This document shows, one piece after another, positions 39,086 to 50,130 of a stretch of DNA of 64,000 nt. Origin of the DNA: Antedon mediterranea (Eukaryota > Animalia > Echinodermata); assembly GCF_964355755.1 (NCBI RefSeq), contig NC_092672.1, positions 33,486,437 through 33,550,436 of the forward strand, given 5' to 3'. Under the pieces are notes generated by a model. That model was not told where the DNA came from. It made no database searches and saw only the letters and a program-made list of their open reading frames with translations. The stretch's first letter is position 1. Each line of letters starts with the position of its first letter. The position numbers and the translations under genes are program-made.

Positions 39086-42000
39086 ATGACCAAATATGGA
39101 TCTGAAATCGACAGTCTGGTCTCTCCGCCGCCAGTTTCTAAGGTATAGTGTTTTTATTAATATTCAATTCGCTGCGTTTATAGTAATTCATTTTGTCTGT
39201 ACAGTATAAGATGTGACTCGTAAAAAGCTGATATTTTTTATAGCACCGCGTAATTTGAATAATGTTTTCCCATTTCTTCCATATTCGACAAAATACTTGA
39301 AATATTCACTATCCTTCGTTTGAATTTGACAATCCTGTTCCCTTGACAAAAAAATTGCTTCACCTAAACAGATACTTATATATATGGCGTCTTTGAGAGT
39401 GGATTTGATTTATGTCATGAGAGAACATCCTAACGTACATCGACATGATTTGAACCCAGGAATCCGACCACATTAACCACCTGCAATATTGTTGTTATTT
39501 TAACTCATTTGGTATAATATTCTGAGCGTTATGATAAAGTTAGTCAATCTTTACACTGACAGACAGTGCAGACGGCTTTGTGAATAAATGAATGTTGATT
39601 AATATAGCCGGCCTAGAATGTCAAGCAAAGTTTTTATACATTTCAGGGACGAATTACTGCTTGTTTGCTGGTGTCTTCGTTTGCGGCAGCCATCGGTACA
39701 TCTTTTCTCTGGGGCTACAACATAAGTGTGATGACGGGACCTTCTGTTGTATGTTTGTTACAAAGTATTATTATTTTAGTTTTAGTGTAGAAGAAATACG
39801 GACTGGGTACCTCTCTATTCCATCCCATTCCATTTTACTCAGTATTTTAAAAACGGTAAGCGGAAACTAAAATAAAGAATCTTACGTGTTATTAATCCTA
39901 TAATGATAACATGTCATTTTATACAGATTCTACGTGGAACATGCACGCAGGTTATAGCTTACCGTTATCTCTCGTCTGTGTAAATTGGCTACTCCCAAAT
40001 CCACAAATCAGAAAGTGTATTAACCTTCCTGGTACAATTCCGGTCATGTTGAAAAAAACATTTAATCATTAGATGATTACTTCGTTAAATTTTATTCGCA
40101 CATTTTTTGAATGATATGTATAGGCCTAGTCTAGACCAAAATTAGTAAAAAGATAAATAGGTTGGCACCCATGGCGTTTCATACAAATATCGAAACGCCG
40201 ACTGGTGGTGGTGGACTAACATAAAACATACATTAATAACTACAGCAAGTTTTAGTAAAGGCCCATTTAGTTTCCGTCTTTATAGCGATGTATTTTTGGC
40301 AGTCCGTCTCCATATAATACGTATTTTTGTGCTAAAACTGTATATTTATACAGTTTATACAGGCATTCTATAACCAGTCTCACTTTGACCAATATGGAGA
40401 ATATATTTCTGAGACTCAAATCCTGGTGCTTTGGTCCATTACTATTGCCATGCTCTGTGTAGGAGGATCCGTTGGAGCATTTTTATCAACTCCTATTTCT
40501 AATGCTATTGGAAGGTAAGCTATTCATATTGATGTCTAACACTTATTAATTCTTATATTTCCACGCATCCTTAGTATTACATTTTCGTGTTTCGGCTTAC
40601 GAAGTTAAACATTATGAGACAAAAGAAAAATAAACACTTTGTATACTATTGTCACACATATTGTATTACGTCGCACCGTGGATTAATGAATAAAAGGATA
40701 CGTATCGACTGTGACATCAAACGATTTTGCAACGCGCTTGCCTATACTATTAAGCACTGCTGCCAATCAAACAAAAACGCTCTTTGAACTCCTTGTCTTT
40801 AACCGCGGCCCTCTTTAGGACGCTGCGAATCAACTGTTACATTTTTTAGAACAAAACGTAGCCATGTAGAAATCGTATGCGCAGTCTGAGTTTTCTATTG
40901 ACATGTCTGCGTCGATGATTTATTGACAACAAGATATTGCTGAGCAATTTGTTCACTTTTTCATACGACCGTAATTTTAAGTAGTTGGTAATATTAATAA
41001 AATATGCAATGTTTATATTTGGATTATCATATTTTCCTGCAACCTCCTGAAAATAAAAATCGCGTTAATCTATTGAATATTAAATTATGCATTTGACCAT
41101 GTATGTCGTTACCGTGTGCAGTGGTATGCAATACAACAAACGTGTTTTTAAGATATGGCTAAACATTAGTTTAGATTGTAGTGCCTTGTGATTGGCTAGT
41201 GGTATGTCATCCACATCACAGCCAATCACCGGGCCTAATCGAATCAAAACTTGCTGGCTATGCATAGTTGCGTTCCGTCACTGACTTTACTAATCTAGCG
41301 CTTGTTTTGAAAAGTAGACGCAAGGCAACGCATAAACAAACGAAGCATGGATTAATGAATAAAAGTACATTGTCTATTATTATTATTATTATTATTATTA
41401 TTCCCAGGAATAAGTAGAAAAGGTGAATATATCGATCATGATTTCTTGTAGCTACTACATTAGTCTAACAATAGGCCTACCTACCTCACTGTCGGCAAAT
41501 CAAAGGGTTTACTAGTAGGCCTAGGCCTTGTATCCTTGCTGGTTCTGTAATTTTACATGTAGGCTGGGACAACAACTAGCCTAGTTGTTGTTTCAGATGC
41601 AGATGTTTTTTTTAACACAAAGAGTACTACAATTTACAAACAAGTTGTATTTAATCGTGTAGACCTAATTATAATTATTAATAATCTTGTAAAATATCTT
41701 GGAGTTTAATTCGAATTCAGAAAAGTTATAATTAATTCGTCGCATAACTTTGTGTTGCTAAAAATATGAAATATAATCACGCCACCAAGATCACGCGAAA
41801 GCATAGCCAACAAGGCACGCGACCGTTTCGTTGTTGCGATGGTTAATTAAACTGAGTTTATTTTGTAACATTGTGGGCGGTCCGGGCTCTGTCGGTTAGA
41901 GTCATTGGAAGCTTTGATTTTAAACTGATACATATCCTTTTAATCATTAATCCATGGTCACACATTGTATATGTTATCATATTGCGTCACACATTGTATA

Positions 42001-43429
42001 ACTATATCGTATTACGTCACGCATTACAGTAAAGTTTTTTTTTGTAGACGAAGTGCGATACTTGTGACGTGTGTTGTATCCGTGATTGCATCCATTTTTT
42101 TGGGAATTAGTCAGCGTGTAAATATTTACCAATTCGTTTTTATAGGTCGATTTATTATTGGTATCTCGACAGGTAATGCATCAATTCCTCGATTTTTATT
42201 ATACAGATATTCTTTTAATGATTTATTTGATTGTTTATGTTTAGGCCTATTTCGACGATGTCATACCGGTCAGTAATCATTTAACCGACCAATCAGCCCC
42301 GGATCCTCGGAACTATCGTCATCATGTGATGCCATTTTGACCAATCACGTTCTTGCAACATTATAAAAAATGTTTACTGAGAAACCCCTCAACCTAAATA
42401 TAATCACATATTATAAAGTAGAAGCCCCTCCTCTATGACACATCCATCCATTATAGACCACTACTACATCGTAGGCCTACATTTATTAATAATGGTTACA
42501 CTTATTACTACACAGGGTTTGCGTCGGGAGCGACGCCAGTGTACTTAGCTGAAATCTCGCCTGTTCGTTATCGTGGAGCCTTCGGCTCTATCCATCAATT
42601 GGGAACGTCAATTGGTATATTTTCAGCGCAGGTAAATATTCATATCAAAATTAACTACATGCAATATAAATACAACGTGTATTCGGATGCCTACTCGGAT
42701 GCCACCTACTCTGGTGCCTACTCGGGTGCCTATAGAGCTAGTTTGCATAATTATACGAATCTAGGGCGTGGACAAGATAAGCATTGCAGCTGAAATACTG
42801 TTGATAGAAAGTACAAATAATGTAAGGTTATCGCCCCCGCGCGCGCACGTTTAAACGATACTGGCTAGTGCGTCCCTGGTGTAGTTGAATGTGCGCATTT
42901 TTAACATTAATAAGCCTATGTTGATGAAGGTTTTAGGATTGTATCCGCTTTACACTCAAGAGCTGTGGCCTCTGTTACTTGCATTGAACGGTGTCCTAAG
43001 TTTGATCGGATGTACTGTGCTATTCTTTTGTCCGGAAAGTCCCAGATGGTATCTCATCACATCGGGTTCAAGTGGGCCTACTGAAAAAAATAAAGGTAAC
43101 TTTATAAACAAAGAAACTATAGCTACAAAACACGTAACATCTACAGTAGCGACAATAAGTAGCCTCATTTCAAAAGTCACTTGTTTGGCTGATTGGTTTA
43201 GTACGTTAGATTCTACAGCGGCAAACAACGGTTTGAAGACCATCAATATTTTTTTGTTATTATTAAGATTATTTTGGAGGCTTAGAATATGAAAGTTTCT
43301 GTATTTTGTGGTTTGGCATTTTACCGTCTGAAGGCTGTGTTTATTTTCGCTAGACCATACAAGAGCACAGCGCCCCTAATATGACGACATTAATTTGACT
43401 AATAATCGTGGTGGTGTGTTCAGTTGTGT

Positions 43430-43493
<64 letters not shown>

Positions 43494-46400
43494 CATACTG
43501 TAAATTATATATATTTACTTTCATGTTTTTATTAACAGAATCCGAAAGTCTACTTGAATATGATGACATCAGATATAACAAAGCAAAAAACTGTAAGTAA
43601 AGCTTGATTTCACTTAGCAACAACGTAACGAGAGCGCAACGCACAAGCCAGTTAACCAATCACAAGTGATAGCTCAAATAATCCATAGCTTGCAATTAAC
43701 CAAATCACTTCAAATAATTGCGTTTAGGCACGAAATTTTTGAAATTTCACATAGGCCTAAACCTCGAATATTTACCAGCAAAAAAATGCTTCTTGCCAAA
43801 TGGCACTTTAAGAATAAATTTTAAAAATGGAGTTTCATATCCTAGTAGTCTAGGTTGTAGACGGCCATTCGGCTTAATATTGGTACAATGTCAGCACACA
43901 TGGCATGTCATAACTACATTTACCTGGAATTTAAACAAAATTTAAACGTCCTCTGGTGGCGCTACATAAGAATAACTTAGTCTGTATCCTCATCCTACAT
44001 TGAATCAACATGTTCATTGAACTGTGACATTCATACACGAACATAAGTATTCTGTTACACATTTTATCAGCAGACTATATTTGAAATTATTAGTAAAAAA
44101 TAATTTAAATAACCACCTCTTGATAGCTCTAAAGCGTCTTCGAGGTACAGATGACGTCAATGACGAAATCCAAGAGATTCTGTACGAACGTCGACAAGAA
44201 GCGACCAGTTCTTCAGTCGGTATACTGGATATACTTAGGTTAAAAGATCCGATGTGGAAATGGCCGCTGATCATTTCAATTCTTCTCCATTTAAGTCAAC
44301 AACTTGGAGGAATAAATGCCGTAAGTATTAATTAAAAATAATTTATGAATTTCTACATAATACCCGTAGGTATAGCTACTACACTGCCCTCTACGCGGTA
44401 AAGTTAGACTTCACTCTTGCTTTTAGGTGATGTATTACACAACCGAACTATTTTCAGAGGCAAATTTAAGTGAAAATGTTATCAAGCTTGCAACGTGTGG
44501 TACTGGTCTCATAACCATTATAACGGATACCATAACGGTAGGTTCTATGTAACAATATCACTTATGTTACATAAAAAAAAGTTGTTTTTCTCGTCAAAAA
44601 ATGATATATTCAGCAAGCATTTCGAATTAAAAATTGTTATATACTACAATAGAATTCTTAAAACTTGTACAGCAAAATGTAAAATAGATTTGGTGTATGT
44701 CTGTTGTCTCCTTTTATTGTATGCCATATTGTGTTTCTTTTTAAGAATATAAAGCTAAATTTAGTCCCTTATAGACTACTACTTAATAATATTTTTCTCT
44801 ATCAGATATTCCTTGTTGACAAACTTGGCAGACGATTTTTCTTGATTTCTGCATATTCACTTATGGCTGTAGCAACAGCCTTTTTAACCCTGACTCTAAC
44901 AGCAAATGTAAGATTTTAGTTATTATTTAAATTTATTTTTATTTAGGCACAATGGTAATCATTGTTCTATCAGATACGTGGTAATCCCCTGACACAGGGG
45001 CTATTTTGTGATCCAGTTCACCGGAGTAACCCCCTAATCGTCTCGAATAATGAACTAGGTTCTTTAAGGCGCCTAAGAAGAAACTGTGTACACTGGTTTA
45101 TAGTCGTTTTCAGAAAAGAAAAGTTCCACCACCAGAACTAGGAGCGAGTCTGCCTCCAACCTATGCCGATTGGTTAGCTATTTAGATACGCTAAATGGCT
45201 CCCATGCCGTGGCCATTTGACTCGCCCACTTATTCTTAATAACTTAACTTTATTTATACGGTACACTACTTATTCCAACACAATGTAGTAAATGTAAATT
45301 TTGCTGAAGAAAGAAAAAGAAAACAAATTTTTCAACTTTTAAAGTAAAATTTGTATTTGTCTATTATTAATTCCTTCACAATCACAGGGTGACGTTTGGT
45401 CAGTGTTGTCTATTGTTGCTGTATATATGTTCCTTTGTGGTTTTTCACCAGGACCAGGTAAAAATATTAGTAATAATAATCATTTTAAAAAACAACAATA
45501 ACCGAGTTATATCAAAAATATTTCCATATGCGTTTTTCATGTTCTTTATCATTATTTACTATTGTTAACGTATTAAACATCCACATGACTTGCGATAGAC
45601 GGTTAGACTCCATCTATTGATATCTGCAGAATCAAGTGATTTAATTAAATTAGTGGCTTGGTTTAACTTTCAGGAGCAATGACAATGGTGATTGTTCCGG
45701 AGATTTGGACACAAGGCCCACGTGCCGCGGCTATTACTATTGCTCTTCAATTTAACTGGTGGTCTAACTTCATCGTAGGAATTGCTTTTCCATTTATGTT
45801 GGTAAGAAAATAGAGCATAGATGAATGCGCCACTATTATACGTATCAAACGCTATGTGTGGCATTTTAGTTTTGATGTCTATTTATGATAAGCACAATAA
45901 TACCAACATTCATTTAAAATGTATTTCTGATACAGCTTACCAAGAACTTGTTTTGCATATGAGATCGTATTATGTTGTATCTTTATGTTCTTTGACAAAT
46001 AAATCTAACAGCAGCATGCAAAACATACAGACCAATGGGTGTTATGAACTTCATTAGAACATTTTGAAAAGTTCACCGATAATATGAACGCGTTTCACAC
46101 GTTGTGAATGCGTTTCACACGCTGTGAACGCGTTTCACACATTTTAAACTGGTGAAAACACCGAAAAAAGGGTTCTATTGAACTTAATGTAATTTTCCGC
46201 GCAAGTCAGTTGCAAGATTGTCCAACAAAGTTTTCAAAACTATTCCAACGCCCTCTCTCTGTACTCATGTCATGCTATTGAAGTTAGAGTTAGTTGTGTT
46301 AGGGCCATGGTTTCATATTTGTTTGCTAATTCTCACAATTTTCGTTTCTTTTGCAGACTGGTCTAGGGGGATATTCTTTTTTGTTCTTTTCAGCCTTTTT

Positions 46401-46530
46401 AGCGATGGCTGTTATAATGTTTTACTTCTATGTACCTGAAACAAAACAGAAAACTTTTGCAGAAATTTATTCACATTTTAAAAACAACAATACGTCAATT
46501 CATGATAATCACTTGGAAATGTCAGGTTGA
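39086..46530 (+). CDS. SLC2A/GLUT-family transporter, tandem paralogue A, 13 coding exons, ~519 aa
   Basis: Exons 39086-39142, 39647-39748, 40354-40514, 42048-42172, 42516-42631, 42930-43095, 43539-43592, 44127-44320, 44427-44537, 44806-44907, 45388-45457, 45674-45801, 46357-46530; 1560 nt open frame; GYN, GRR, EISP, PESPRW, QQLGGINA, VDKLGRR, GPG and PETK motifs. The exon 6 acceptor is weak. Confidence 0.88.
43439..43490. repeat. (TA)n microsatellite
   Basis: About 25 TA units just upstream of the GLUT-A microexon; absent at the equivalent position in GLUT-B. Confidence 0.95.
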
Positions 46531-47045
46531 TGATTTATGACGTCATAGCACGCGAGTGTTTCTTATTATAATTAAACTGTTTCATATCAAAATTAACAGC
46601 TATCTTTTCGCATAGCACTTCACTAATAATTTTGTGAAAGTTTGTCGAGCCGCTGTTTTAGCCCGTTATATTCCCAGAGGACATAAGCATTAAGAAGCAG
46701 TCACCACACGTGAAGCTTTAGAGCTACAGCTGACAGAAAAGAGAATATGTAAACTCGACAAATGTATAAGTCCATGCTCGACGACCCAAAGAACGTCTGG
46801 CAAAAGAGAGTCTATGAGATTTACAGCTGACAGAAAGGAGAATTTGTAAACACGACAGTACAGTAATAATATTAGTATTTTAAAGCGAGTATTGTTTAAA
46901 TAAATATAGCTATAGTTTGTATGTATTTAGCTATAGCCTATAAATGACTATTGGCTCTATTAACTACAACCTACACATGCTAACAAAATAGGATTTCTTA
47001 AATAAAAAGTATTGTAAACACGAAAATTACAAATGTTTTATTTAA

Positions 47046-47549
47046 AGATGTATTGTCCCTTTGACTAATTAAAAAACAAAACGATTTCGGAAAAAAGTGG
47101 ATCATTTTGAAGTATCATAATATTTATTAACTGTCACAAAAAAATAGTCCGAAAAAAAATAATTTAACTGAAATACAGACGTTTTTTTGTTCAAAAAATA
47201 ACTTTGACTTCCAGTCAAAGTTTTCGATCAAAACATATCTCATAATGCAACGCACTTTCTCGCGATCTATGTAAAAACACCTTCTCAACCGTGACGAGTT
47301 GTAAACAATCCTAATTAGCATCATGCACAATGCATACTCGTGGTTTGAAATCTTTGTTTACTTTTGCTCGCGTTGATTTTCTAGACGAAATGTAATCAAA
47401 TTAGTTTACCTGTTAATTACGTAAACTAGTTGTTTTTAGCTCGAATTTTCGACTTAAAGTGAATAACTTTAATATTACTTTGATATAGCCAATTTAAATT
47501 TAGAATATTTTAACCTTTATTTTTTTGTGTTTCAAGGGACAATACATCT
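47046..47549. mobile_element. Non-autonomous TTAA-flanked DNA transposon (Kolobok-like), copy 1
   Basis: TTAA|AGATGTATTGTCCCTT...AAGGGACAATACATCT|TTAA; purine-purine start and TTAA duplication. Confidence 0.8.
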
Positions 47550-47639
47550 TTAAACTTGTTATTAAAATTGCAATTGCGTAATTGTGTACAGTATCATATT
47601 CATTCACATCTATTCAGTAATATATATTATAAATATTTA

Positions 47640-48420
47640 GATTTTTATTCAAATTTTATTCAAATTTTATTCAAATTCAAATTTATTCACCTTCCTTAAG
47701 GAGAAACATATAAAAACTACTGTACAGCAAAATGAAACACATCAAAATGAAGATTCACACGAATTATAAAAACACGTTAACACGTTAAATAAATTGTTAA
47801 AATCATTGTGAAAAAGGGAAAACTTAACGCTATCACAGATACTATGATTGACACAATCCACAGATTTTCACATGTTTGTCATTGCTTTCTATTTTAACAA
47901 TTTAGGAGTTTTTATATGTTCTAAATTGATATTTTTAATAAATGCGAGTAAAAAGACCTAGATTTGGAATCACTAATAAATATCTGGAAGTAAATTCACT
48001 TGGTTACATTTAATAATGTTAGACAACTTAGGTTGCATAAATTTAAAAAGGAGAGCAGTGTTTCTACAGATTACATAATTTAGTTAGGCCTAAACCCAAC
48101 GCTGCTTTAATTAAATTACTTTCTGTTTTTTCTAAGTAAAGAATATCCTTCATGCTCAGATTTGCACATTGTAGGCCATACGTTAACGTTATATTAGTAT
48201 CAGGACTGTTTTCCAGACATGTAGTTTTACATCTGTAGACGAACCATGTTTACACATGCCAGTTCCTTGCAATGCATAGAAAGCTATCTGACATTTATAA
48301 TTCTATTAATGACATGAGCATCGCCCTTAAGAGTACCATCCAGTTCAACGCCTAGGTACGTGACGACATCAACACATGCCAAGATACTGTTATTGATACC
48401 ATGTAGGATCTTTAATAAAT
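47640..48420 (-). mobile_element. 5'-truncated LINE reverse-transcriptase fragment (RTE-X-like)
   Basis: Minus strand encodes INNSILACVDVVTYLGVELDGTLKGDAHVINRIIKCQIAFYALQGTGM (YLG motif); tandem (TTTGAATAAAA)n tail at ~47642-47688. Confidence 0.65.
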
Positions 48421-48739
48421 GATGATTTTACAAACATAACATAATATTGCAAGGATCTTAAAGAGAAAAGTTTATTGTCCGTAGTCGTAAGATCCTTTGA
48501 AAAGAAAAAAATTCAAAAGGAAAATCTGCTGCTATCTCTGACCATGCAACTTCTGTTTTCAGTGACCGTTCAGGCGAGTTTTTTTTTTTTATTTTAACAT
48601 TGCTTAAAAGAATATTGTAAAAGTCGCCGCCTGATTTTGCGGGTGAAAAACACGGAAATTACAATATATCAGTGGCATTAGTTTACTAATGCCAGCCTAT
48701 AGTTGTTACCGTACTGTTTTGTTGTACAGTTGTATTTAA

Positions 48740-49281
48740 AGAATGTATTGTCCCTTGAAACACAAAAAAAATGAAAAAAAAAATATTCTAGTTTAAATTA
48801 GCCATATCAAAGTAATATTAAAGTGTTTCACTTTAAGTCAAAAATTCGAGCCAAAAACAACAAGTTTACGTAATTAACAGGTAAATTAATTAGATTACAT
48901 TTCGTCTGGGAAATCATCGCAAGCGAAAGTAAACAAAGATTTCAAACCATCAGTATGCATTATGCATGATGCTAATTAGGATTGTTTACAACTCGTCATG
49001 GTTGAGAAGGTGTTTTCACACAGATCGAAGTTTTATGATTATGCATACCGAGTAGCCAAACAAGCGCGTTGCATTATGAGATATGTTTTGATTGAAAACT
49101 TTGACTGGAAGTCAAAGTTATTTTTTGAACAAAAAAACATCTGTTTTTCGTTTAATTAATTTTTTTTTTCGACTATTTTTTGGTGAAAGTTAATAACTAT
49201 TATGATACTTCAAAATGACCCACTTTTTTTTGAAAATAAAAAAACAAAATTTTGGGAATTAGTCAAATGGACAATACATCT
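48740..49281. mobile_element. Kolobok-like element, copy 2, inverted relative to copy 1
   Basis: TTAA|AGAATGTATTGTCCCTT...GGACAATACATCT|TTAA; the interior is the reverse complement of 47046-47549. Confidence 0.8.
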
Positions 49282-50130
49282 TTAAACTTGTTAATAAAAG
49301 TTATACATTATTATGTAGTATATTTAATTTAGTGTTATGAAGTGTACACAACAAGATGGGTGTTTATGCGTAGAAACCTTCTGTTTTTCTATTTACAAAT
49401 CCCCTTCGATTATTTAAAAAACTAGACTACTAAAGGCCAATTAAAACAGCGTCGTACGACCAGTCGTCTCGTCAGGAGGAAATTAAACATGTTTAAAGTT
49501 TTCCCGACGACCTAACAACTACGTCCGACGCTATCTCAAGACGACTTGTCTCGTCGGGATTCAACTCAGACAGCACCAACTCAGACAGGGCCTCGTCGTA
49601 CGATGCAGTCTGAGTTGGCCTTAGTAATACTAACCTTTTTTGGTGAACCTCGTGCGCTTAGTGTGTATATTTTATAATAAAAATAATAATATACGAGAAG
49701 TATTTTTATTTTTAATGATGTTGACGTGAGCGAGAATTTTAGGCGGCTTATGTTTAAAAAAAACATGCGATAATAAATCATATTATAATATACAATAACC
49801 CGCTCAATACTATAATAGCCAATTTGGTCGCAACATTAATGAACAGCTTGTCGGCACAAACAGAGCGGTAACGGTAAGCGGAAAACTCTTCCATGTAGAA
49901 TCTGTTGAGGTTTCTATCCTAAAAGGGTTTTGTTTTTCGTTTACCGTTTACAGTTTCTGGTCTTCTGTGTAAATTGGCCTTGAAGATATATTTTTTTGAA
50001 GATATGTTTTAATAGGCTTATACCAGCAAGTATATAGTTGGTTTGATATACTATAAATTTAAATTCGTTGACGAAGCACGGGCACTTACGTAGAAAGGTC
50101 TTTAATAAGTGCACATCACCCATTTTGAGC

